Below are positions 24,700 through 35,030 of a stretch of 64,000 bases of DNA, piece by piece (the first letter of the stretch is position 1; every line of letters begins with the position of its first letter). The notes under the pieces were generated by a model. The model was given only the letters and a program-made list of their open reading frames with translations, was not told where the DNA came from and made no database searches. The stretch lies in NCBI GenBank assembly GCA_030704615.1, contig CM060733.1:11656001-11720000 (forward strand), written 5' to 3'. Origin of the DNA: Takakia lepidozioides (taxonomy: Eukaryota > Plantae > Bryophyta). The translations under genes and the position numbers were made by a program.

Positions 24700-27262
24700 C
24701 AGTGTTGGCTGGGTGTAGCACTCTACCCCGGTTAGTGAGTCGGTTACCACCCCGATTAGTAGATATACATAACCGCATACAGGGTACTTTTTGCAAAATA
24801 GAGCAAATAGATAACCGATGGTTGGGAGGTGAGTATGTATATGTATATGTACCCTATATTAAGGTTAGCACTACACTGTATACCCGGATTAGTAAGGCGT
24901 TTTGACCCCTAGAGCGGTTACAGTTATGTGTAAGACACGTTCCTGCTCACACCACGCAGCTGCATGTCCCTCCATTGAAGGCATTCAATGAATCAGCAAA
25001 GCTACATCAGCATCTAAAACATGAATACGATGTCTAGTTAAGCTTCGGGAATATGAACTATGAATAGATCGTTTCGCTTCAAATTTGTCACACATTGTTT
25101 GCTTTGAATCTGTTTTTCATAGATGTACGTAGAGGAGGGAGGTAGAGTTAATGCCATTAGCATTGGGGAAGTTTGCTCAACAATCTCTCATCCTGAACCT
25201 TTGAGTTTGACTAAGCGTGGTGAGGTGAACCTGCAAGTTGATGGGGATGCAGCACATCTTGCAGCGATGCACCTTCAAGCTGGTTTTTGGAAACCACATA
25301 ATCGGAATAGCGTTTGTTGGGGATTCTTTGCTGTGAATGATAATCTTTCTGTGGATGTTGCAAACCCTCAAATTTGAGATGCATTGTTTGCAGATGACAC
25401 AACTTTCAATAGTGTATTTAATCAGCAAAGTACACTCAGGAAGGGACTAGTCAAGTATACCAAGAAGCATGGTATCACTGCTATGCACACGCATATTCAA
25501 AATGTTCATCCCCATTTATTGACTAAGAGAAAAATTCAACTCGTGGAGAAGAAAAGTGACGACACACGTCAGCCAGCAAAGAAACTACTGGCGCTGCCAT
25601 CACAGCTTTCTTTGGTTTGAGTAATCCTTACTCAAAACATGATGATGCATAAGGGCAGTTGCAGCCTCCGGTGGACCAAAAATATTGTCACAACACTGTT
25701 TTTTTGGGACCTTGATTAGTTGTAAATTATCATACTCCTAAATGGCAATGCTGATAGTAAAAAGGGACTAAGCTATGAAGGCTCAACTAGATATATTTCC
25801 CCTGCTCCAAGTCTAATAACCAAAAAAACAAATGGTTAGAAATTATGGACTTTGGAACAAGTCCAAAAGGATTTGTTATAATCCATATAAAAAGCCGTTA
25901 TGGACTTTTTTTAGAGCATGATTAATAGAAAATTAGAAAAAATGACTTGACCAAATGTGCTGTGAGGGATAAAGAATCTAGAATGAAAACATCCACTCAA
26001 AATATTGAGTAATATAAACTTTATGTACTATTTTGAGCCTTCAAAATAACTATTTTCGTAAAGTCCTTTACATATAGAATTCTTTGAAATATCAACACTA
26101 CCTCATTAAATATACATAGACCAAGGGTAAACCTCCGGGGTGGATCAAGGTCAAATTTGAAAAAAAAACTATCGTGATTTGAAAATAAAGTATTTAATGG
26201 TCAATCATATACGGTTGAAATTGTAAATTGAAGCGAATCCAATGGTTGAGGATTCGCCACATCCCCCTTTATGTACTTTTAGGGACTCATGGTGTGTTTC
26301 ATTTTGGTCCACCGTAGGCTGCAACTACCCACAAGTGAAGTTTCTTCAAGACCTCACCTTGTACGTGTGCAAAGGTTATAGGCCAATCTCAACGGTAGAA
26401 AATATATGACTCATGAGGTTAATATTACGTCAGTGTCCTCGAGTCGTGTTTCCCTCTTGTCACCTGTTTGTCAAGAAAACAACATGGTACATAAGATTAT
26501 GGACCAGTACGTGTTGCCTTCCTTGCGAATGCTAGCACTATATCTACAAGTTTTGATTTGTGGATGAGTAGGGGTGGCGTGGATACATTTGCATTGGTTA
26601 TAAATTTCTTGAGCGACAAATGGGTTCCAGTACACTTAACACTTGGACTGTTTGAGGTTTCAGATACACATGATACTCCTATGGCAATCCAGCTTAAATC
26701 CATGCTTGATAAGTTTGGCCTCACCAAACGAGTAATTGTCGTTGTGAAGGATGAAGGTGGCAATCTGGGAACCATGACAGCAACTCTCAGATCGATTGTC
26801 ACATGTGAGCCATTGCAGATTCAAAGGGTACACGAGGGTACTTGTTTTGGTCACGTTTTGTCCAAAACAATACAATAATATGCTACCGATGACAAAACTG
26901 TATCAGCAAATATGACAAGTGTCAGTATTAGTGATGCCCAAGCTACTTTGCAAAAGACCATAATGTGGATAAAAAAATCAGGCAAGGGGCAAAGGGAGTG
27001 AAAACAGGCATATATGGATATGTAGTTGAGGCCTCCTGTAAAAAACACGTTTTGCAAGCAACGTTATGTTATGTTTCAGGAAACTCTTGAGTTCAAGCAA
27101 GCGATCATTATGTGTTATGGTCGGCAAGTGTCACTTGCTTTGCAACAACGAGTTCCAAAACCTCAAGTTTGGGCGATTTCAGAAGCAATTACATCTATCC
27201 TGAACCCAGTGGTAACAGCTTGTGTGTTGAATCAATCACGTGGACATTGGCTCCTATCTGAC
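24700..27262 (+). mobile_element. hAT element left end plus N-terminal half of transposase (pseudogene)
   Basis: TIR CAGTGTTGG preceded by GTTAAAAC; CGGTTA subterminal repeats; BED-finger-like CWGFF...CIVC...HIQNVH; catalytic SFDLWMSRGG, VVKDEGGN, CFGH. It ends abruptly at GHWLLSD. Confidence 0.85.
25653..26330. mobile_element. MITE with 29-bp TIRs inserted in the hAT transposase
   Basis: GGGCAGTTGCAGCCTCCGGTGGACCAAAA / TTTTGGTCCACCGTAGGCTGCAACTACCC (27/29). Flanks are ATAA/ACAA, and the transposase reads through (HDDA|QVKFLQDL). Confidence 0.85.
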
Positions 27263-30200
27263 GTAGACCCTCTCTTCACAAAACAATATGCCTCAAACAC
27301 CAATGTCTGCACATCCAACAAAAGAGGGATCAACTCCAGGGTATAGTTTAGATACACCACGATATGAAGTGAATGCAATAGATTGATCACTTACACTCTG
27401 GCCCTCTGTTCGCAACCCCTGTGTATTGATGCAGAACCATTTTTTGAGGAGGACCGGGGTGACACTTTTCGGTGTCCATCTTGCCACAACATTCTCTGTG
27501 GTCTTCCCTCTTGTGGCAAGGACCATCATACATCCACCGTCATCCAGGAGCATCCCCGCCAGCCCAAACCCGGCTCTCCAGTAGTCCTCAGTAAACCTGT
27601 TCCAGGTGGGCACACCATCCAGGCCCTCCAGCAGCTCCCCATCTGGAATATCGAGGAGAATCATATCGCAGGCTCTCTCCACCTCACCCCCCCCCCCCCC
27701 CCCCCCCCCAGTGCTCTTGCAATCCGTGCTCACAATCGTGAAGAATTCCATCATGGCTTCCAAACCAGGGGTGTCTTTAGGCTCTGTACCGGCAGCCCTC
27801 TTCTTGGTTTTCCCCTTCAGCTCCTCCAGAGACTTGCTGTGTGCCACCTTCTTCGTCCTGGTAGCCAGAGTGTCAAGGAAGCTCTCATTGACACATTCGA
27901 TGATGGTTGGGGGTTCTAGCTTTGGCCTCTGCGGAAACGTCACCGCCGAACACCGCCGTGTAGGTTCGCCCTCAGATGCCAACTCCTTGGCAGAGCCAGT
28001 CCCAGTCCGAACTGACTTGGGAACCCGGACGACCGATGACTTGGTAGCAACAGCAGCAGCAGCAGTCGCAGGACCTTGCACAAAGTCGTCGTCGGAGTCA
28101 CTCCCTTGGGGCCCCTCCTCCGCCTCCTCTGGTGCCCCGGTGGTTTTCTGTTTTTTGGGGGTTACTGTACTCCCCTGTTTCCGTGTCCTTTTCTTTTGTC
28201 CTTTATTCTTTTCATTCAATTTCTCCTGAATACCTGCAAGCGCTTTCGCCTCTTTTGGACCCAGCGGAGGCAGCGGAGCCCGGTTTCGTCGGGCCTCCGC
28301 ATCCAGCTTCAATTGAAACTCGGATGAGTCGAGCGAGCCGGGCGGAAGGTCCACATACCAAGGGCAGTCGCGCAATGTTCCAGATGTCACTCCTTCACGA
28401 TAACGTCAGTGTACATAGAGTCAGCCCCAGGGATCCTCCATGCGAGGAAGAATGGCAGCTCGAAGGACAGATGACCTTTCTCCAAAAGAGAGAACTTGCA
28501 GTACCTGCATTCAAGAAACACACACAGAATGAGGTCCCGGGAACGAGGTAAATTTCAGGGAATGAAACTAGAAAAATGAAACTGAAACTGAAACTGGGCC
28601 CGGAACTGGAAAAATGGCGCCGAATTTCCAGTCTCGGTGCCAGCCACCCCAGGGACTTAGCCATTTTCGGGGCCCTGAACTGGAAATTCGGCGCCATTTT
28701 TCCAGGTTGGGGCCGAAAATGGCTAAGTCCCAGAACTGACTGGGCCCGGAACTGGAAAAATGGCGCCGAATTTCCAGTCTCGGTGCCAGCCACCCCAGGG
28801 ACTTAGCCATTTTCGGGGCCCTGAACTGGAAATTCGGCGCCATTTTTCCAGGTTGGGGCCGAAAATGGCTAAGTCCCAGAACTGACTCGGCCCGGAACTG
28901 GAAAAATGGCGCCGAATTTCCAGTCTCGGTGCCAGCCACCCCAGGGACTTAGCCATTTTCGGGGCCCTGAACTGGAAATTCGGCGCCATTTTTCCAGGTT
29001 GGGGCCGAAAATGGCTAAGTCCCAGAACTGACTCGGCCCGGAACTGGAAAAATGGCGCCGAATTTCCAGTCTCGGTGCCAGCCACCCCAGGGACTTAGCC
29101 ATTTTCGGGGCCCTGAACTGGAAATTCGGCGCCATTTTTCCAGGTTGGGGCCGAAAATGGCTAAGTCCCAGAACTGACTCGGCCCGGAACTGGAAAAATG
29201 GCGCCGAATTTCCAGTCTCGGTGCCAGCCACCCCAGGGACTTAGCCATTTTCGGGGCCCTGAACTGGAAATTCGGCGCCATTTTCCGAGGTTGGGGCCGA
29301 AAATGGCTAAGTCCCAGAACTGACTGGGCCCGGAACTGGAAAAATGGCGCCGAATTTCCAGTCTCGGTGCCAGCCACCCCAGGGATTTAGCCATTTTCGG
29401 GGCCCTGAACTGGAAATTCGGCGCCATTTTCCGAGGTTGGGGCCGAAAATGGCTAAGTCCCAGAACTGACTGGGCCCGGAACTGGAAAAAAGGCGCCGAA
29501 TTTCCAGTCTCGGTGCCAGCCACCCCAGGGATTTAGCCATTTTCGGGGCCCTGAACTGGAAATTCGGCGCCATTTTTCCAGGTTGGGGCCGAAAATGGCT
29601 AAGTCCCAGAACTGACTGGGCCCGGAACTGGAAAAATGGCGCCGAATTTCCAGTTTCGGTGCTAGCCACCCCAGGGACTTAGCCATTTTCGGGGCCCTGA
29701 ACTGGAAATTTGGCGCCATTTTCCGAGGTTGGGGCTGAAAATGGCTAAGTCCCAGAACTGACTGGGCCCGGAACTGGAAAAATGGCGCCGAATTTCCAGT
29801 CTCGGTGCCAGCCACCCCAGGGACTTAGCCATTTTTGGGGCCCTTAACTGGAAATTCGGCGCCATTTTCCCAGGTTGGGGCTGAAAATGTCTAAGTCCCA
29901 GAACTGGAAAAATGGCGCCGAATTTCCAGTTTCGGTGCCAGCCACCCCAGGGACTTAGCCATTTTCGGGGCCCTGAACTGGAAATTCGGCGCCATTTTCC
30001 CAGGTTGGGGCTGAAAATGGCTAAGTCCCAGAACTGACAGGGCCCGGAACAGGAAAAATGGCGCCGAATTTCCAGTTTCGGTGCCAGCCACCCCAGGGAC
30101 TTAGCCATTTTCGGGGCCCTGAACTGGAAATTCGACGCCATTTTCCCAGGTTGGGTCCGATATTGGCCAAGTCCCAGAACTGAATGGTCCAGGAACTAGA

Positions 30201-30911
30201 AAAATGGCGCCGAATTTCCAGCCATCCCCCACGGCCCGAATCAGGAAATTCCAAGGAAGCCATTTTTCCAAGGACTTCTTCACAAATAATTTTCATGCGC
30301 TACATAAGGCTTCTTACATCTTGGAAATGTAGGGACTAAAAAGAAAGGCATCGCATATGTACCTGTACAGAAGGCGCATTGCCGCTTTGTCCGCGTTCGA
30401 CTGGTCGGTGAACTCGTGGCTCCGCCGGGCATGGGGTATCTCTCGAAAGAATAGGTCGATTTTGTAGAGCAGAAAATACCTCATCACATAGTCGCGTAGG
30501 CTCTCTGCTTCACCAGAAATCTCCAGCTTGAACTGATGTGCTCGTGTGTCAAGGTGCTCTTGTGCATTCGTCGTCACCTGTGGAAATTCTCCATCAGACC
30601 GCTTTCCTCAAAAAATACAGTAAATCCACCCGGTACAAGCGTAGTATAACGATAATCCATGAAAATAGAGAAACATGCTTGCTTATACTGATAATAGTCA
30701 GAAATGTTGATTTGAGTATTTGCCCTAAGAGATAGATAAATTTGTACATATTGATAAGGCTCTCATTTTTTAATAATAGGGTCATGAATGCATGGGCGGG
30801 CCCTGCCAGTACGACCCTTGGGGTGAGCTCATAAGCCCACCGCCCATTCACCGGGTGGGCGAGATTCTGAAATTTTTCTAAGTCCTTGTTCATGTACCGT
30901 GGCGAACCTTC
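27263..30911 (-). pseudogene. Multi-exon TE-like gene fragment ending in a putative beta-class N6-adenine/N4-cytosine methyltransferase domain
   Basis: Phase-compatible exons 30577-30363, 28504-27395 (one frameshift at ~28392) and 27306-27263. Motifs CDMILLDIPDG...WN...LLDDGGCMMVL...KKWFC...|TLVFEAYCFVK. A possible further exon lies at ~30911-30813. Confidence 0.55.
28585..30262. repeat. 146-bp tandem satellite, ~11.5 copies, with interleaved internal inverted repeats
   Basis: The 146-bp period is seen in the sequence and in the ORF track. Each monomer holds A=CTGGAAAAATGGCGCCGAATTTCCAG, B=GGGACTTAGCCATTTTCGG, then exact revcomp A' and B'. Confidence 0.97.
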
Positions 30912-31095
30912 TAACAGACCGGGCAGACCCTCCAATAGACCGATCCAACCTTCTAGCGGACAGGCAGGTAGACTCTCCAGCAGACTGGGCAGACCCCCTC
31001 CAGCAAACCGGCAGACTTTCCAAGCAGACCCCCCCCCTTCGGCACCTCCGGCAAACCGGCTTGGACCCTCCAGCAGACCGGCAGACCCTTCGACA
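30905..31095. repeat. Degenerate ~20-bp minisatellite (CAGACCGGCAGACCCTCCAG-like)
   Basis: About 8 imperfect copies visible. Confidence 0.7.
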
Positions 31096-31914
31096 AAATA
31101 TATTATTAATAACACACATTACTGCCGCAATACAACCTAACGAGATTTAAACATCACACCTCGTGTTTATCATTCATTGCTCTTAACCATCACACTACCC
31201 ACCACTTTCTGCAAACCCATGCAATAACTAATGCTTTATGTGCATATTGTGGGCCCCAGCAGACTAGCTCATGTGTTTTGTGGGACTCGCTTGTTGGTAG
31301 AGACACCACAGCAACAACAGACTGGGAGGGTCCATAAGAGCGCTCCCACCCTCCGCGACCCCTCTACCACACGCGGGCCTGCCGCAACCACATGTGCGGG
31401 CATTCATGACCCTATTATTGTTAAATGAGAAGCTATTGATAAAGGTGAAGCATATTGATAGTATAGTCATGCTAAAAAATGTGAATCCATCCTTAGTGAC
31501 ATTTGCAATTGTGGGCACCACAAATTTTGATACATATTGAAACGATCATGCACAATTGAATACATATTGATCAATGTAGCACTAGCACTGCTCGATTCTC
31601 TTGACAACCTCTTTGTGCTAATTGTGAAATCTCAAGTTTTTGGTTCTTTTTTTCTCTTACTTTTCTGTATGCAAACAGTCCATCATCAATACTAGGAAAA
31701 CTCAATTCGTGTCCAAAAGAAACATGAAGTGAAAGAAATGGTTTGGAAAGATCAATCTTAAAATATGGAAATAAAGAAACCATGCCAACATGGCAGGACG
31801 CATCTTACAAAGCGTAAGATGCGTCTGAAAGGTTTGGAGGATCTTCGAATCACGTGAAAAACGTCCATTATGCACCTTTGATACGTGCCAACTTAATGAA
31901 CGGCTAGTGCCATA

Positions 31915-33812
31915 GGTGCATGAGGAATTCCTGGTGGCCAATTTGCACATAATTCAATTAATGACATCATCCAACCATTCGCTAGGTTGCCAGGGTTGTC
32001 TGAATTCTATCTGGCTGCCACCGCCAACTACCAGACATTTTGTCATGTAGGTATCATGTGACTATTGATGGTAACATCCTAGGCAAAGCCCAGATGATTA
32101 TCAACATCACTTCTTGGCACCACACATGCATGGCCGGCATACTCTACATTCATAGTATGTTACGTGCAAACAAAAAAAAATTGATGTGTTGCCCAAGAAA
32201 GTGGAAATTATGGAGTCTGTAAAAGCTACGTTTATACCTTCCGATGCAAGCTGGGACAACCAGCGTATTTTTTTCTCATTTTTCAAAAGTAGAATGTGTG
32301 GCCATCTGTGGATTCTACCCAGCGCGCCCAAGTGGCCAAAAAAAGAGCGGGCACGTCTAGAAAGGCCGCTATATGACAAGTGACACGTTTTAATATCCAC
32401 AATTGCAGTCATACGGATTTTCTGGTGACAACTTCTTGTTCATTTTTCTTGCCAGTTACCCCCCAAAAAAGGAGTCTTTTGGCAAAAATTCACAAGAAAG
32501 AAAAAAACAAAACATTGTATCATACAACACTAGTGTGGCATGTGCCATTGAACACGTATTGTACAGTCATCTTATATTCCAAAACAAATCCAATTTGCTA
32601 TTTTCATGATTTTCCAGTGACCAAAAATACTTTAAGTTCAATATCTTCCACACCGTAGGTCCAAAAATTATAAAACCACCTCATTGCACCCCTCCTTATT
32701 GAGGGGTTTCCAGCAATATTAGGAACCCGAGCGGAGGCCTCACGGTTTCGCCAATGAAAATGTCCAAACTTGAGTATTTCTCACATTTTGGTAGTGAAAT
32801 ACTGCTGTTTATTATATTATTAAAACTAGTATTTCACTACTAGATGTTTTATTATATATCCAGAGGTTTTAACGTTTTAACTAAAGTATACTCATAGACC
32901 ATGTAACTGACCCTATTAGCATGGCAGTACCTATGTCCGCCTATGACTTGCATTTCCGTTTGCAAACATATAACCCCCTATAACCGTGGATTGTACTTAC
33001 AGGATACCCAACCCCCAAAAGAAAGACCAATTCATCTCTCAAATGTATAAGTGAAGGTGGACATTAGAGTGCAAAAGAGAACAAAACATCTTACCAAAAA
33101 CTCAGATAGACAAAGATAACAAACTCGTCTCATAAAATTCTCCCTATATCTAATAGATAATTACAAAGTCAGTAAGAAAATTAGTGGATGGTACAGTGAT
33201 CAGTACCATCATGTCAGATGTTATCATCAACATGAAAGGATATGGGCCATCATGCATACATTGTCCACACATACATACAGTAGCATGTAGCATCCTATCA
33301 TGGTGCATGTTATGCATGTGTTGGGAAATTTCTGCCCGGCTAACAGGGCAATGGACATCCCGGTACCGGCGAGGGGCGAGGGGACAGTTCCGGCGCCCGA
33401 GTTGGAAGCACAGAGTCGGGCAAGGGGTCACCCGGAGTACAAGCAGAAAATAGATATCAATTGCATAGAAAACAAGAGTGTGACCAGACTCGTTTTTTTC
33501 CTCACATGCGGTTCGAATGTGACAAGTGCAAGTGCAAAATAAACTTTTCTGAAGCAGGTGCAAATGGGACGCCAAAAATTGACCACAACGAATCCATGTT
33601 CGGAAAGTGAAGTAGATCATTCCAGATTCGGAGTGCATCTGTCACTCCAACAAATGTCCGAAGTCAATGCATTGGGCTGCCAACCGAAGAGAAATGTGGG
33701 CCTTTGGAATTGGATCGTTTCGGTGAGTACGCAATTACACATGCAAAGTTCGCAAAGCTCATGCCAGAGTGTTCATGATTCGGCGCAAATCGTCAAAACA
33801 TCGCCGTAACTG
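31915..33812 (+). mobile_element. Non-autonomous composite repeat element
   Basis: The left part matches 23223-24638 (direct) and the right part matches 20048-21127 (inverted). No coding capacity was recognised. Confidence 0.6.
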
Positions 33813-34049
33813 ATCTGTTGTGCACAATATTTTATTCTCGAGAGTTTGATTTTGGAGTTCGGGGAAGAAGTGTGAAGGAAAGATCAAAGATGCTTGTACA
33901 GAACGTACTCGAATCTGCAAAGCGACACGCTGAACTACCTACGGTTGCTCGTGAGGAGACCGATGAAGGCTGCCGATGTGGGTTTGTACTTTGTACCTTT
34001 GTAGGGTAGCCGCTCCTCACTCCATGGAGGGATGGAAATTTATACAGTA

Positions 34050-35030
34050 GGAGACGACTCTTTAGGGCCTAGGCCCAACATTTGATTTGGGAGTGTGGTC
34101 CCTGCTGGGAAGATTACGGTTTTGACTGAAGCTTGTCAGGTTCTGGAATTGGTCAACGCAAAAGGGCGCTCTCAAGTTTCTCCAAGCATATTCAGGGAGG
34201 GACATGTAGGCTGGATACGCGAGCTGCATGAGCAAAGAGCTGCTGCATGTTATCTTCCAACATCTTCACAGTATTGTCCATGCAGATCCTGTGGTCCCGC
34301 CATGGTCTCCTACTGTAACTCATGCATCGGTGAAAAGCTTCGAGTCTCCAAAAAGTCTCACAGACTGGAGTTACTAAGGATGGTGAGGTCAGTGGACTGA
34401 AGGACTGTGTACTGAGACACAAGAGTATATAACATACGGCAGGTGATACAGTTCCAGAATTGCTGATTCGAAATTAGACAATATTGAAATCCCCACGTAA
34501 TATTATTAACAGCTTTCCGAATGTTTCTTTGAGAGCTATTGAGCTCTTGGGGCAGATCTACTAGGTACATAAATAATCCTAGCTAGGGCTACCACCCTAA
34601 TCCGGTGGCGTGTGCGCCTCTGTCAGCGTGTGGGGCATTGATGAAAGTGGAATAGGAACCACGAAGAAGGTAATCCAATCCGCGCATCTAGAACCTCGAC
34701 CCAACTAGAAGGTCAACAATCGAAGAAATGTGTTCCACTAGAAAGGTTGTTAATTAATGTGATTGCCGGGCGAAAGTCTTGCATGTTTGCATCGCAAACG
34801 TCCGGGCGCAACTGTCCAAGCTCTCCAGCTCACCGCTGTTCAAATTTAGAGAGCTGTCAGAGGCTCCACTCGCAAGTAAATCAACCTGCCAGCTCCTCAT
34901 TCCACTACAGAGGCTTTCAGCTAGTCAGCTATTGACACAGAACTTAAGGCAAGGGTTGAGAGACGATTATGCACCATAAACTAACGTGACAAGTTGCGTG
35001 GATCTCGCAAAGCGTGCTCTGATACCGCAC
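34050..35030 (-). mobile_element. Possible degraded LTR-retrotransposon 5' region (PBS-Met-like site)
   Basis: Minus-strand GCGGTATCAGAGC at ~35016-35028 resembles the tRNA-iMet PBS TGGTATCAGAGC. Downstream gag similarity is weak. Confidence 0.3.

Noticed and set aside
18246-27262. A single simple inversion explaining the split hAT
   Set aside because: Re-inverting restores the transposase but not the MTase-like exon at the other junction, and does not put the right TIR in place.
28585-30262. CRISPR-like array, or the repeated 120-aa ORFs as genes
   Set aside because: The spacers are identical (a pure tandem repeat), there are no cas genes and the context is eukaryotic. The ORFs are artefacts of a 146-bp period.
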